From the NCBI GenBank assembly GCA_037447605.1, contig CM074805.1, positions 4,373,361 to 4,437,360 on the forward strand: a stretch of 64,000 bases of DNA. Reading direction: 5' to 3'. The position numbers were made by a program, and so were the translations under genes. Positions 24,560 through 39,256 of the stretch are shown here, in pieces. Position 1 is the first letter of the stretch, and the number at the start of each line of letters is the position of its first letter. The stretch comes from Zygnema circumcarinatum SAG 698-1b (lineage: Eukaryota; Plantae; Zygnematophyceae). The notes beneath the pieces were generated by a model. It saw nothing but the letters and a program-made list of their open reading frames with translations. It was not told the DNA's origin and searched no databases.

Positions 24560-24920
24560 CCGCTCTCCCTCACTTCCACCCTCGCTCTCTCCCTCTCCAA
24601 CTCCCTCTGCTTCTCTCTCTCCCACGCTCTCCTCACTTTTCTCCCCCTCTCCCTCTCCACTCCCTCTGCTTCTCCCTCTCCCCCTCTCCCCCGCTCTCCC
24701 TCACTTCCCTCCCCCTCTCCCTCTCAACTCCCTCTGCTTCTTCCTCTCTCTCTCCCCTCCCCCTGCTTCTTCCTCTCTCTCTCCCCTCCCCTCCCCTCCC
24801 CTCCCCTCCCCTCCCCTCCCCTCCTCTCCCTCTCCCTCTCCCTCTCCCTCTCCCTCTCCCTCTACCACTCCCTCTGATTCTTCCTCTCCCTCCCTCCCCC
24901 TCTCCCTCTACCTTCCGCTT
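24560..24920. repeat. Polypyrimidine low-complexity tract including (CTCCC)n and (CTCTCC)n
   Basis: Directly visible C/T-only runs upstream of the F-box ORF. Confidence 0.9.
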
Positions 24921-26212
24921 GGCGCATGACCGCACTGTGACGTTTTTCATGACGGCAGACTAGGGATGGCCCGCGTTATAAATTCCGAATATATTATATA
25001 ATTTACAACGGGTTTAAAATTAGTAATATATTACAAAGTAAAACACTTTATTACATATATTATACCCACTCGTTTTGAACAATTAACGACCGTACGACCG
25101 TACTCGTACGGTCGTACCATACCAAAATTAGGTCGTTTTGGCGTTGGCGTTGCGAAATGCGTTCGTCTGGTTTTTTCTGTCTGCTCGTGCTCGGGCCGCA
25201 AAATACCGTACAGTCGTACGACCGTACATGTTGTAAAGGCGTTGTAAATTAATATATATCAGCCGTTATCTATTCGTCACAGTTGTATAATATAATATAT
25301 AATATATAATCGTAACTAATCCATGTCTGCCGGGCAGACACAACAAATCGATTGCTCTGCGTGGCAGAAAGTAATTCAGCGCCGTCAGTGCCGTCCGATC
25401 GAACCTTTTTCAGCCGTCGATGTCACGTGTTAAAGATGGAAAAGATTCAAGATCCGTTCGATCGATTTTGCGTCCGCGCGTGCGCCGAAGTCTGGGATCG
25501 AAGTCAAGGGGCGAATATAAAGAGAGAAGATGAGGGACGGAGAGAGCGCGTGGCAGAGAGGGAGTGACGGGTCGCCGAGAGGGAGGCTAGAGAGGAGCTG
25601 ACCTGAAATGTAGACTTTCTAGAGAATCTTAATAATATTGCACAGAAATTGAATCTTACAAGGAGGCCGAATAAAGTAAATATAACTATGTAATCGTTTA
25701 ATACGATTCTGTTTGTTTACCTGCTGTAATTTTTTAGTGCAGGGGGCTTTTCTAAGGGAAACCCTAGAAAAAAGTGGTGGGTTATTGGAGAAAAGGATGT
25801 GAACTCGTATAGGAGCTGTTTGAGGAACGGCAGAAGGAGGGGGAGTTGCTGCAGAGCAAGGTCTGGCTGAACGACCGCTCATAATGCTTAGTCTTAATTC
25901 TTTTTTTAATAAAATAAAAACATTTCCTGTTCCCTGAAAGGTCCTTGTTTGCTATCATTACTTGTGTGCCAGCTGTAAGGGCTTACTCTCGCGCCGAATT
26001 TAACTGCAGACTGAGCTTCAAGACGAGTTTCAACGAGTGGGAGAGAGAGTTGGATGATTATTTAAAATGGAGGAGAGGCCTCCCAACTTTTTTCTGGGGC
26101 TGTTGGGGCTTTTGTGGTTTTCCGCATTTTTTGGGTTTTTGGATTTTATCTTCATGATAGTGAGAGATTCGGAGAAGCTGAAGGTGTTGAGGGTTGAACT
26201 TGAGGAAGAGGA
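24810..26212 (+). repeat. ~1.4 kb direct duplication, copy A
   Basis: Repeated at 26223-27617. ORF-track offsets are 1413 bp before and 1405 bp after an 8-nt indel (GACCGTAC at ~25220-25227, present only in copy A). Confidence 0.95.
24961..25340. mobile_element. AT-rich palindromic MITE-like element (also duplicated at ~26374-26745)
   Basis: Begins with hAT-like TAGGGATGG. Internal 12-bp inverted repeat (24999-25010 / 25240-25251), a perfect hairpin GTACGACCGTAC-TC-GTACGGTCGTAC (25092-25117) and a GTCTGCC-G-GGCAGAC palindrome at the right end. The right TIR and TSD are not cleanly resolved. Confidence 0.4.
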
Positions 26213-26222
26213 NNNNNNNNNN
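26213..26222. other. Assembly gap (10 N)
   Basis: N run between the two duplicated copies. Confidence 1.
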
Positions 26223-27617
26223 CCTCCCCTCCCCTCCTCTCCCTCTCCCTCTCCCTCTCCCTCTCCCTCTCCCTCTACCACTCCCTCTGATTCTTCCTCT
26301 CCCTCCCTCCCCCTCTCCCTCTACCTTCCGCTTGGCGCATGACCGCACTGTGACGTTTTTCATGACGGCAGACTAGGGATGGCCCGCGTTATAAATTCCG
26401 AATATATTATATAATTTACAACGGGTTTAAAATTAGTAATATATTACAAAGTAAAACACTTTATTACATATATTATACCCACTCGTTTTGAACAATTAAC
26501 GACCGTACGACCGTACTCGTACGGTCGTACCATACCAAAATTAGGTCGTTTTGGCGTTGGCGTTGCGAAATGCGTTCGTCTGGTTTTTTCTGTCTGCTCG
26601 TGCTCGGGCCGCAAAATACCGTACAGTCGTACATGTTGTAAAGGCGTTGTAAATTAATATATATCAGCCGTTATCTATTCGTCACAGTTGTATAATATAA
26701 TATATAATATATAATCGTAACTAATCCATGTCTGCCGGGCAGACACAACAAATCGATTGCTCTGCGTGGCAGAAAGTAATTCAGCGCCGTCAGTGCCGTC
26801 CGATCGAACCTTTTTCAGCCGTCGATGTCACGTGTTAAAGATGGAAAAGATTCAAGATCCGTTCGATCGATTTTGCGTCCGCGCGTGCGCCGAAGTCTGG
26901 GATCGAAGTCAAGGGGCGAATATAAAGAGAGAAGATGAGGGACGGAGAGAGCGCGTGGCAGAGAGGGAGTGACGGGTCGCCGAGAGGGAGGCTAGAGAGG
27001 AGCTGACCTGAAATGTAGACTTTCTAGAGAATCTTAATAATATTGCACAGAAATTGAATCTTACAAGGAGGCCGAATAAAGTAAATATAACTATGTAATC
27101 GTTTAATACGATTCTGTTTGTTTACCTGCTGTAATTTTTTAGTGCAGGGGGCTTTTCTAAGGGAAACCCTAGAAAAAAGTGGTGGGTTATTGGAGAAAAG
27201 GATGTGAACTCGTATAGGAGCTGTTTGAGGAACGGCAGAAGGAGGGGGAGTTGCTGCAGAGCAAGGTCTGGCTGAACGACCGCTCATAATGCTTAGTCTT
27301 AATTCTTTTTTTAATAAAATAAAAACATTTCCTGTTCCCTGAAAGGTCCTTGTTTGCTATCATTACTTGTGTGCCAGCTGTAAGGGCTTACTCTCGCGCC
27401 GAATTTAACTGCAGACTGAGCTTCAAGACGAGTTTCAACGAGTGGGAGAGAGAGTTGGATGATTATTTAAAATGGAGGAGAGGCCTCCCAACTTTTTTCT
27501 GGGGCTGTTGGGGCTTTTGTGGTTTTCCGCATTTTTTGGGTTTTTGGATTTTATCTTCATGATAGTGAGAGATTCGGAGAAGCTGAAGGTGTTGAGGGTT
27601 GAACTTGAGGAAGAGGA
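26223..27617 (+). repeat. ~1.4 kb direct duplication, copy B
   Basis: Matches 24810-26212 by eye apart from the 8-nt indel. Only this copy continues into the 27472-28302 ORF. Confidence 0.95.
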
Positions 27618-28302
27618 AAATGGAGAAATTTTGAAGGCTGAGGAGCGTGAGAGACAGAGGAAGGGGAAAAAGGCCGAGTTTGATAAGTATTGTGAGAGAG
27701 GGGGAGGAGTGAAGTGGGTAGCTGTGGTTCCACCGGAATTGACGAGTGAGAGAGGCCTTAGGGGATGTGAGGGGGTGTGGGAGGAGAGAGCGAGTGGCGA
27801 AGAAAAAGGTGGTAGTGAGGATGCCCCTCGTGGAGAGGAAGGAGAGGAGGAGAGCAGGCGGGAAGTATGTATGGAAGTTATGGAGAATGAGAGAATGAAG
27901 CGGAAGTTCTGGGAAGTGGAGGGAGAGGAGGGAGGGAGGGAGCTGAAGAGGCTTTGCACGAGGGGTGAAGGAAGCGATTTTGGTTCTTTTGGGGTTGTTT
28001 ATTCCGAGGTGGAAAGAGTGGAAAACTACGCACTGGTGAAGAAGTTTACGGGAAAAATGAAACGTGAGGAGCGCGGAAGAAGCGAGGAACATGAGAGGCT
28101 AAAAAAGCGAATGCGAGCTGATGAGTTTTCTTCCGTGGAGTCTCAAATAGACAACAATTCCCGCATTGAACTTTCCTGCCGCGAGAAACGTGTGCGTGAG
28201 ATGGGTCAGGCGGCCTGCGCGGACTGCGATGAAGGCAAGGTGCTTAAGATGAGGCGGAGAGAGCAGATGGGGCAGAGTGGTAGTGGGGGACTGGTACATT
28301 AG
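27472..28302 (+). CDS. Hypothetical Glu/Arg/Gly-rich protein
   Basis: 276-aa open frame with a hydrophobic N-terminal stretch and a charged remainder. No recognisable family. The T-rich hydrophobic stretch could instead be an intron. Confidence 0.3.
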   Translation: MEERPPNFFLGLLGLLWFSAFFGFLDFIFMIVRDSEKLKVLRVELEEEENGEILKAEERERQRKGKKAEFDKYCERGGGVKWVAVVPPELTSERGLRGCEGVWEERASGEEKGGSEDAPRGEEGEEESRREVCMEVMENERMKRKFWEVEGEEGGRELKRLCTRGEGSDFGSFGVVYSEVERVENYALVKKFTGKMKREERGRSEEHERLKKRMRADEFSSVESQIDNNSRIELSCREKRVREMGQAACADCDEGKVLKMRRREQMGQSGSGGLVH

Positions 28303-29318
28303 CAAGTAGGAGCTGCAAGAGGGCCATTTTAGTAGATGAGATAGCAGGAGGGAGGACAGAGCGAGCGTGCGGGAGCTGCAGCAGATATAGAGGCCTTTTC
28401 CGGTCCGCATCTCACCGAATAGCCCCCCCGTTTCTCCCGAGGCCTTTTGCCCTCCTTTTTTTCCTTTATCGAGCAGGAAAATGCTGATCTTGTTGCATAG
28501 AAAAGTGGCATCGTATGGCTACTTACGCATCACCACACGATGGTGGTACTGTGACTTTTTGGAGTGAATAGCAAGCATCAGTGGGAGTAGGATAGACTGT
28601 TTCGACGGGGTGTTGACGAATCCAAAGGGGAACGCTTTTTTGTTATGAGATGACTGCGGAGCACGGGTATGTCAGAATGTATGTCAGAGGCAGTCCAGGA
28701 ATTGGAGACTATTTGGATAGAGCAGAGCAGCCTGTAAATAGAGCGGATACAGGTTTACATTGGAGAGCTGAAATTGAATGCTGCATTGTTCAAGAGAACC
28801 ACTCAATAGTTTTAACTGCAGCAAGATTATCAACCGACTCCTGTTTCCACATTCTGAAATATGTCTTTGCAGTCAATGATGATCAATGTTTTTGCACCTT
28901 ATGTATCGCATGCATGCTGTGTGCTCCTTGTATGCTTCTTGTTCGCTTTTACTCCATTTCCTTATGTATCTTTGTTACAAAGGATACAAAAACACTTCTT
29001 TTTTATGATTCGATGTCATTACACATGCAAACTCCAGAACAGTGACACCGTCAACAAATCCCAAACAGGGACATCCCACAAAGAAACAAAAAGCTGCTCT
29101 CTTTCCAACACACCAAGAGAACACATACATCACCAACTGCCTTCCTTCACCGCCCTGCTCCATTAACCTCCTCACAGCCCGCGCATCTGTCGCACACGAC
29201 TGAACAGAGCCAAAACCACCCTTAATGATCGCACACTCAAACCCCAACTCCCCTTCCAACCCCCTTCCCCCTCCCCCCCTCCCCTCCCCTCCCCCTCCCC
29301 CTTCCCCTCCTCTCCTCC

Positions 29319-31083
<1,765 letters not shown>

Positions 31084-33434
31084 CTTGCCTCTGCTTTATA
31101 AAGAGCTGGGCTCTCTCGCCACCTGCATAGCCCACCGTCTGCTATCAATCAGGCGTTCATTTCCTATTCCTTGCAATATGTCAGCGCACTGGAGAAGACG
31201 AGCCCAAGTTGGCCCCTTCCAAGTTCAAATTCAGTTCCAATTCAGCTCTATTTCTTTATATGCAGACGTTGCACCGTTGCAGGAACCCTGCCTCAGTCAT
31301 CTCTTTATTTTCTAAGCACTCCAGTGACGGAAGCCCAGGCTGTACGGCAATGTCCAGCCAGCTCTACAAGGTGGGGAGTTCAGCCAAACCACTGCAGCAC
31401 AGTCTGAGACATGGGAACAAAGTTTATTCTCTGGAATATTGAAAAATAAGGAGGGGGGCGGAGGAGGGGGAGGGGGAGAAACAGAACATGGTCTCAGGAC
31501 TACTTTATACACCTCTATAACAGTTTCCAACCCACAAAAAACCAGAAATAAGAACCCAAAATGGCTCCCATTCATCCCTCAAGACCCAAAATTCCCTCCT
31601 TCCGACTCAGCCCACCACTCGCTATTCTCTCACACCTTCCCTCCCCTCCCCCTCCCTCTCCACCCCTCCCCCCTCACACCTCCCGCTTCCCCTACCTCAC
31701 CAGTTAGGCGCCGCAGCTGCCCTTTGAAATTCCTCCTATTTACAAATGCAAATAAGCGTTAGCTGCTCTGTCTCTTTCTGTGTCTCCCTCTCACTCTTCC
31801 TCTCTCTCTCTCTCTCTCGCCCACACTGTCCCTCTCCCTTCCTCCCAGTGGCTGCTGCAGCTCCGGCTTCTCCCAAGCGAAGCGCTGAACCCCAAAGGGC
31901 GCCCGCGGCAGCCCCACATCACTGTACGAATATGTACGGCAGGAAGCCTGCTATCGGATGATATCGCGATATGCTGATCGGCATAGATACGATACGATAT
32001 GGAGCGTCCACAGGGTGCTGTATTTTTTTCTTTCTGGTTTTGGGTCGCATGCGGCATGCGAGTGCTATTCGGTTTCCAGTTGTCTGTGAAAAGCTATGGC
32101 TGCGCTTTCGAAGTTAAAGTTAAAAACTTTGGAGCATTGGCTATGAGCGATGGATGAAGGCGCCTTTTCAAGCAACGACTTTCTAATGATGCGCAATGCA
32201 AGGGCACTGTTTGCTCTCGGAAAAACGCTTCAGTGCAGTGCAGTGCTAGTGTGGGCTTCGCACCAATCAATACAGGCCTCTTAATTAGAGATAAAGGCCG
32301 TGAGCCAAAGCTGCCAACAACACGAACCTGTCTCCATTGCAAACTATAATCGAGCATTTTCCAATGGCGGTTCACCACATGTACATTCTCTGCATGTGGG
32401 GAATTGCGACTGGGAGCTGCCGACTACAGTTCGCAACGGAGAAGGCCATAAACCCGTCAAAACATTCTTGCGCACTTGAAGCCTTGCAGGATCCAAATCA
32501 TTGATGACCGTACGTAAGAAACATGCAGTTAGGGTTTGAGAGGTTATCTCAAAGAGCCAACCAACCACGTTGGAAGCGTATCCATGGCATTAGGACACGA
32601 TGTACATTCTTGCGAGCCATGTGCGTGTAGCCTGACAGCGCCCAGATCTATCCTCTCGGACCACCTCACAACCCCTCTGGACGCAGAGCCCCTGCCACAC
32701 GGGGAGTGCCGCTATCCACCGCCCACGGGAGCGCAAGAAGGACCCTCCTGCTCCTTCCCCGAGAGGAAACCAACCTCCACCATACTATGTACACCACAGA
32801 CACAGCTTTAAAGTAGACACTCTGAAGGATTGCCGGGACTACTTCAAAAGCTCCGCCTTTGTCACTGAATTGTCAACACTCAGAAACTGAGAAACTGTTG
32901 GCAATAAAAAGCTGAGTGCTTCGGCCTGGGGACGGTCCGACGCTAGGAGTGGTTACGCCCTTGCCATACATTGAGCTGACCAACCAGCTAGTCGTAAACG
33001 GACACCCAAAAGAGCCCTGAAACCTAAGCACCTACAAACACTTCCGTGTAAGCTTTTTGACTTCATTCCATCGCCACGTAGACAATGCCGTTGTATTGGT
33101 CCCAAAGCACGGAACCACAATCGGCTGATTTTGCTGTCGTCCATCCCATCAATCCATCATCCCTTGGTTTGAGTCCTTTCTACTTCTCCCACTCGCCTTC
33201 TCTACCTACCCAGCTCCCCGGGTCTTATCTACACTGCCAGGATTCCTGTGCTTCAAGAGCATCCTGGGAAATTGGAAAATGGAAGGTACTCGTACAGACA
33301 AGGATATCCCAAAGGGAGAAATGTGAAGTAGAAACCGGGAATCAAAAGGGTGCCCCAAGTACGAATGTCGCCAACAGCATCTCTCTCAGAGAGGCAAAGG
33401 TGTGATGGCGCTCTTTGCAATAGACAAGCATGCA

Positions 33435-36400
33435 TCAAGTAACGGTCATACTCCTCATTCCATTCTCTTCTGAATTGCCGTTGGGAGGAGCAGGCTCGAC
33501 AACTTTATAGTATACCTGGAATATGGAACACAGGACACGGGCCACAGGATCGTCAACGACTACATCAACCAAGTTCCATGAAAACTAACCTTTTTCTTCC
33601 TTCATCAGGCAGGCTTGCAGGCTTGTCATATGCAATGTCTGGGTAGGAATCCCAGTGTGAAGCTGCTCCTTGCAGGCAAATGAAAGTGGTTCACCATACA
33701 ATCGAAGACTCAACCCTAAATAGAAGTTTCCTTGCAAAGACCGTTAAAAAGCAGCAGATGTTATGCTGAGGCAAGCTCAACAAGACGAAATTTAGTCCGG
33801 GCCCATTACCTGACAAGAACGAGATGGCGCAAGCACTTGGATTGACGCACAGCGATTGTTGAAATTAGTTTCCGGCTTCCCAGGAATGCCCTCGGGTGAT
33901 GAAAAATGGTCAACATCACGGCCCACCTGCACTTATGCACTAGCTTTCGTTATAATGGAATGGAACTCCAGTTAATAGGCACTCCAACTCGTACAAGGAA
34001 GGCTCAGCATCTTGTAAGGTAAGCAGAACGTATCAATGATCTTTCCCCTTCCCCCCCCCCCCCCCCCCCCCCCCCNNNNNNNNNNCCCCCCCCCCCCCCC
34101 CCCCCTTTTCCCTCTCTTCCCAACTGCCTTTCACACACACCCTCACGCACACAGCACGTTTGAACAGTTGCACGAGGCAAATAATGTACCACACAAGCAA
34201 ACAGAAAACAACGGTAGGAGGGGAAACCTGAAGGCGAGAACTGCGGGACAAGAAAAAGAAAGAGAAAGAAATTCACCAAGGAAAACAAAAGATCACGACG
34301 TAAGGCAGGCTGGTAAAATTAGATAGACGGGAAAGGAAAACCAGAAGTGAAACAAACCCATCTGGAAGAGAGTGGAAGGAGGGCATGAATTAGGCAATCT
34401 GTGGTTTAAATCATACCCGACTCTTGCCTCCATAGGCGCTATCGTCACTGTCAAGTGCCACACGATACTTCCCCGGCTCCTTGCAGCCTACCTTGTATCT
34501 GCAGGCCAAAAAAAAACATCTCATCACCACACATAACGAGAGTGCATAAATCCCCCCTGTCCGTAATTCTTCCTCGAACCTTCAGTCACTAAAGCTGCAC
34601 CAAAGTATTCCAAATGTCTCATTTTTCCAGCAGCTAAAAGCACGAGCATGAACCTGCCTTCAGAGGAAAGTCTTTCGAGAATGGTTGTCCGAAAGATCAC
34701 AGGCAGGAGTAGACAGATGAGCAACGATTTGAAACAGAAACAAGGCGCGAGGAGAAGGATCAAGCGAAAGGAAAGGTCATACCCTTCATATGTTTTTGTA
34801 GGATGAAAATTGAATACAAAAAGCAGCTCTTTCCTCTCGAACACAATTACCTGCATAAGTTACAGCATTCGGACCATTCCCACAAGACACTTTGAGATCC
34901 CAAAAATAACAGTGCTCTGTCCACGTGGACATCCAGCAAATACTACATCCCTGCTGCTTGCACATACTACCATTTACATACTCGCAATGCTCCACGCAGA
35001 AACAGGGGCACAAAACTAAGTAACCACCTCCGAACACTCGACATGTCATAATAGTGGCCTAAAGTCGTTTTGGACGACGACATCCCTTAAGTAACGTGCT
35101 CTCTGATACAAGGGCCACACCTTATCTTCATCACTTGCGCACGACACAAGTTGGTGATCAGACGCCAAAAAGTGGTACTTCTCCTCTAGTAGATTCATGG
35201 CCTTGTCAAAATTGTACATGAACTGCGAACAACATCACCCCATTCATAAATAGTCCATTAGTTCTCTAGCCGGAGATGCACTCTCAATTCCAAGAACGCA
35301 AAGCCAAATGGACTCTCAATACCAAAAGTGCAAAGCCATTTCAAATCGCAGGACAAATGATCAACGTCCTTAACACAGAAAAACCTGCAAGAAAGCAGCA
35401 GTGAGCTCACCACAGCAAACGAATTGTTCGGCATTCTCAAATACCACCATCCAGCTTTAATTCAACCAAAATCAGCATGACGGAATTGGGAAACGAGACC
35501 AGACTATGACGAAAGTGTAAAGAATAGAATAGGTCAACCCCTTCCTCTCTGCGTGCAGCCATACCCGATAGCGTAAATGCTCTGTGTCCACAAGCTCCCA
35601 TTGCCGTCGGCATTTGTCGTAGCTCCATCCATTTCCCTCACGAGGAAAGTCAACCCACTCCGGATGCCCAAACTGCCTCAACACATCAACACAGATCTCA
35701 ATAGTGCTGCCATGACAAATAGCATGGCCTACACCAGCATTTCTTCATTGAGCTGTCTCAGCCTGAGCTTTTGAATTGGGAACAAGGACGAGGCGGAAAG
35801 GATCAGAGTAAAGTTTCATGGAGGCCACTTTCCTTCCGAAGGAGACAATAGGACCCCCCCAACCCAAACAATGCCACCCAATACATTGGACCCAGAGAAT
35901 TCACTTTTCAGCTCTGAGTTTAAGACAGCTATTCATATGTTCATGACACGAAAGGATTGCTAACAGTCGAGTGGATTCCTGTTTGTTTCTATTGAAAACC
36001 TCCCTTGTGGACATTAACCTACCCTACAAGTATTGGACATTCTCTGAGAGCACACATCAGAAAAATTGACACATGCCAAAGGAGAATAGCCACTGACTCA
36101 AATCTTCACCATGTGCAATCGCAAAGACGACTTGGCTGTGCATCTGGACAAGGAAAGGCACTCCTTACCTCGTTTCCCATGAAGTTGAGGTAACCATCAC
36201 CACCCAGAGCCATGGTGAGGAAATGAATCATCTGTTGGAAAAGCCAATGAAAATCAAATACTGGGATGAGTCCCTGAAATTTAACATCCTGGACTCTCCA
36301 AAAAAAAAAGGCCCAAACTGCAAATCGGCTATGGCCATGAAAAGCAGGCTCCAAAAAAGGGGCTGATGTAGTGGAAGCTAAGGAAAGTGGAAGGATACGA

Positions 36401-39256
36401 ATTAGGACTGCTGAGACCTGGAGATCAGAAATCAACTACGGGTCACGAAAGTAGCTGCTAAAAAAAGGTTCTGAATTAGTGATTGATTAAGTTGATCGAG
36501 CATCAATCGCCCTTACAACGCACGACAAACAGCTTCTCCTCCGTTATTCCCAAGCCTCTACGTTTTCCAATTAGAACAATCTAACACTTATAGTGTAAAC
36601 GCTGCCTAGGATGTTTCCAGCTTACCTTGTGCAGAGCAATTCCACGTTCCACTGCTGGGGGAGGAGTCGAGAGACTAGACATTCCAGTGTACATGTCCTT
36701 GTCCATAAGGAGGAATGCAAAACTCTTGTCGCCTACCATGCACTGCAATATTTCACCCATTACAATACTTCACTTTCTCGTAAGCCCTCAAACCGTTCAG
36801 TAGACTCAATCATCTGCCCATGAAATGGTCAAGCTTGTCAACTGTACTGCCATACTATTCAGTCCATCAAAATCTTGTTGACCTGCAAAGACATCACGTT
36901 TTCCACTTCTATTCGGCAATTCAGAAATCCAGTCTCCATCCATCCCATGCAAAAACCTAGACTACTAAGCTTACACAAAATACCTGATCATGGCTCTCTG
37001 CATATCCAATGCATTTCTCCGTGTAACGACGATTGGTTAGTGTGTGCACAATCTCCTTCATGCTCCATTGCTCGTCTGGTCTATCCTTCAAATACTCAAT
37101 CCAGCGATCTGGAATTGCCATTGCCAATCTATAATCAAATCCAATACCTCCTTCCTTCACAGGTCTACACAGTGTTGGCATCCCCGAAACGTCTTCAGCA
37201 ATAACTGTAGCTTCAGGAAACACTCCGTGAATGAGATCGTTTGCCAGCATAAGGTACACCACTGCATCCACGTCAGTGGATGTACTTAGATACTCGTGAT
37301 AATTGCCTGAAAATGACATGTTGAGGCCATGATGATGGTACAGCATTGATGTTACTCCATCGAGCCTAAAGCCATCAAACTGGTATTCTTCCAGCCACCA
37401 CCTTATGTTTGAAAGAAGAAACCTAATAACTTCCCAGTTGCCATAATTGAAGCATCGGCTATCCCATAATTTATGGTATCCCCTGTCTCCTGTGTGGAAG
37501 TAAGAATCTTGAGCCGGCTGCCCGAAGTCAAATCCGTTCAATCCATCTGTAACATTACTGCTTGCATGTGAATGGACCACGTCTATCAACATTCGGAGAC
37601 CAAGAGAATGTGCCTTATCAACAAGATACTTCAAATCTTCAGGCGTCCCAGAGCGTGAGCTCACAGCAAAGAAGTTGGTTACATGATAGCCAAAAGACCC
37701 GTAGTATGAGTGCTCCATTACTGCCATAAGCTGCACAGTATTATATCCATTGGCCTTGATACGTGGCAAAACGTTATCTGCAAATTCAATATATGTGGCT
37801 ACGCGTGGCTCAGAGGAGCTCATGCCCACATGTGCTTCATATATGCGTGGGGCCACAGGCCGGGGAGGACGGGGGCATTTGAACTCATACCTGCACCATT
37901 GCAAAAAATACCTTCAGGACACTTCTAAATGCAAGCACAACGAGAGCTTTAAGATCTTTCCGATGTGGAGACGCGAAAGGACATTCCATCTTCATCGATG
38001 AATGAAAATAAAGACAGCTCGCCCTTTCTCTCTTTATAGATATGAATCTGAGAATCCTCTCAACATATGCCCATCGGAACTTCCCAACCTCCATGCACAA
38101 ATGCAAGGCCGCTTGCAGCACTCTTGATGCGGTTCCGAAAGGTCACAGACAGTCCACCACTACTTGAATTCACAGGGAAAACGTTCAGTTCAACCCAACT
38201 TGCGTATCACCTGTCGCTGCGATCAGGATTCCAATATATTCCATCATAGGACGCCCCCATCTTCCCAGGCTCCGGTGTCGCATATGTTATCCATGCAGGA
38301 ATGCGATCTACCCATTGGCCATCATTCCTTCGTATCCTCACTTTCACCCGCGAGCCATGTGGGATTGCAGGGTTCCCATTAACATCTGGTATGCATATGC
38401 TCCATACACCATATTGGTTTCGCTCCAACTGGTGATTTGCTCCATTCCATGCGTTGAAATCTCCGACCAGTTGCACGCTTCTGCACCATGAGCCACCAGA
38501 GCTTTAGGTTACTATCATACACCTTGAACGTGTTCTAAAGTGAATCTCAGGAAAATACTGTGAAACTTGAAACTGTAATTTGATTCCACAAAGAGCAGTC
38601 ACTAACACCAGAGTACCCGCTTCACAGCTTACCCAGCTGCTGGCAACCATTCTTGATACATTGTTGCTCCGTCGGATCGCGTGAAGCCATACTTTTCATA
38701 CCCTGAAGAGTTTCATCATCGACGTTCACATCAGTTTGGGACATTTTAGATCCTTCAAATACCGTCTCGCAGAGCAGAGTTCGTTTGCCCCCTCTCTTTT
38801 CCTGATATCGGTCAAACTCATTGGTGCATCATAACCCAAACGGACAGGCATTCACCCAAACGTCCTGTTTAGACTAATTCTGAAGTCCGACACTTAATAA
38901 TAGAGATTACACTCACCATATTACAAAGAGGGAAAGCATAGAGAATGCGAGAAACACCAAGCAACCTTAATTTACAACAAATTCCAGGTTGCATCTCTGG
39001 ACAAGGAAAGAGCAGCACCTCTGGAAAACTTCTCGAGACCGCCTTCATACTGATCAATGGCCTTCTTCTTTTGCAAAAAATCAGAATATCGATATCGCAA
39101 GTGGCTCTGATGCGAGAGCAGTAGTGGGTCAACATCAATCACTCCAAGTCCGTCCTTGCTGTACTCCACCTCGTGCCATACTGCGGGCACTGATGGTTTG
39201 AGACTGCCCGAGCGTGTGAGAGGAAAAGAGGTCTTACGCACAAGCCGCCTAGTCGC
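33435..39256 (-). CDS. SBE1: 1,4-alpha-glucan (starch) branching enzyme, class I (GH13); N-terminal/transit-peptide exons not resolved
   Basis: Exons 39256-39019, 38702-38633, 38480-38211, 37890-36984, 36742-36626, 36231-36169, 35672-35565, 35222-35121, 34850-34783, 34498-34417, 33926-33810, 33515-33435. Motifs: [23 protein letters not shown], catalytic [17 protein letters not shown] and [25 protein letters not shown], and the SBEI-type PETNFNNR. A possible upstream exon lies at ~39897-39814 and a 5'UTR exon ends near 42000. Confidence 0.96.
34076..34085. other. Assembly gap (10 N) inside a poly-C tract in an SBE1 intron
   Basis: N run flanked by C homopolymers. Confidence 1.

Noticed and set aside
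24250-24963. SP/PL-repeat ORFs
   Set aside because: Polypyrimidine microsatellite read-through.
28650-29166. 131-aa and 101-aa plus ORFs
   Set aside because: No motifs. They lie in the probable 3'UTR/intergenic zone of NACA.
32090-33400. Short ORFs between NACA and the SBE1 3' end (including an MAALSKLK frame broken by a stop)
   Set aside because: No recognisable domain, exon chain or snRNA/snoRNA signature.
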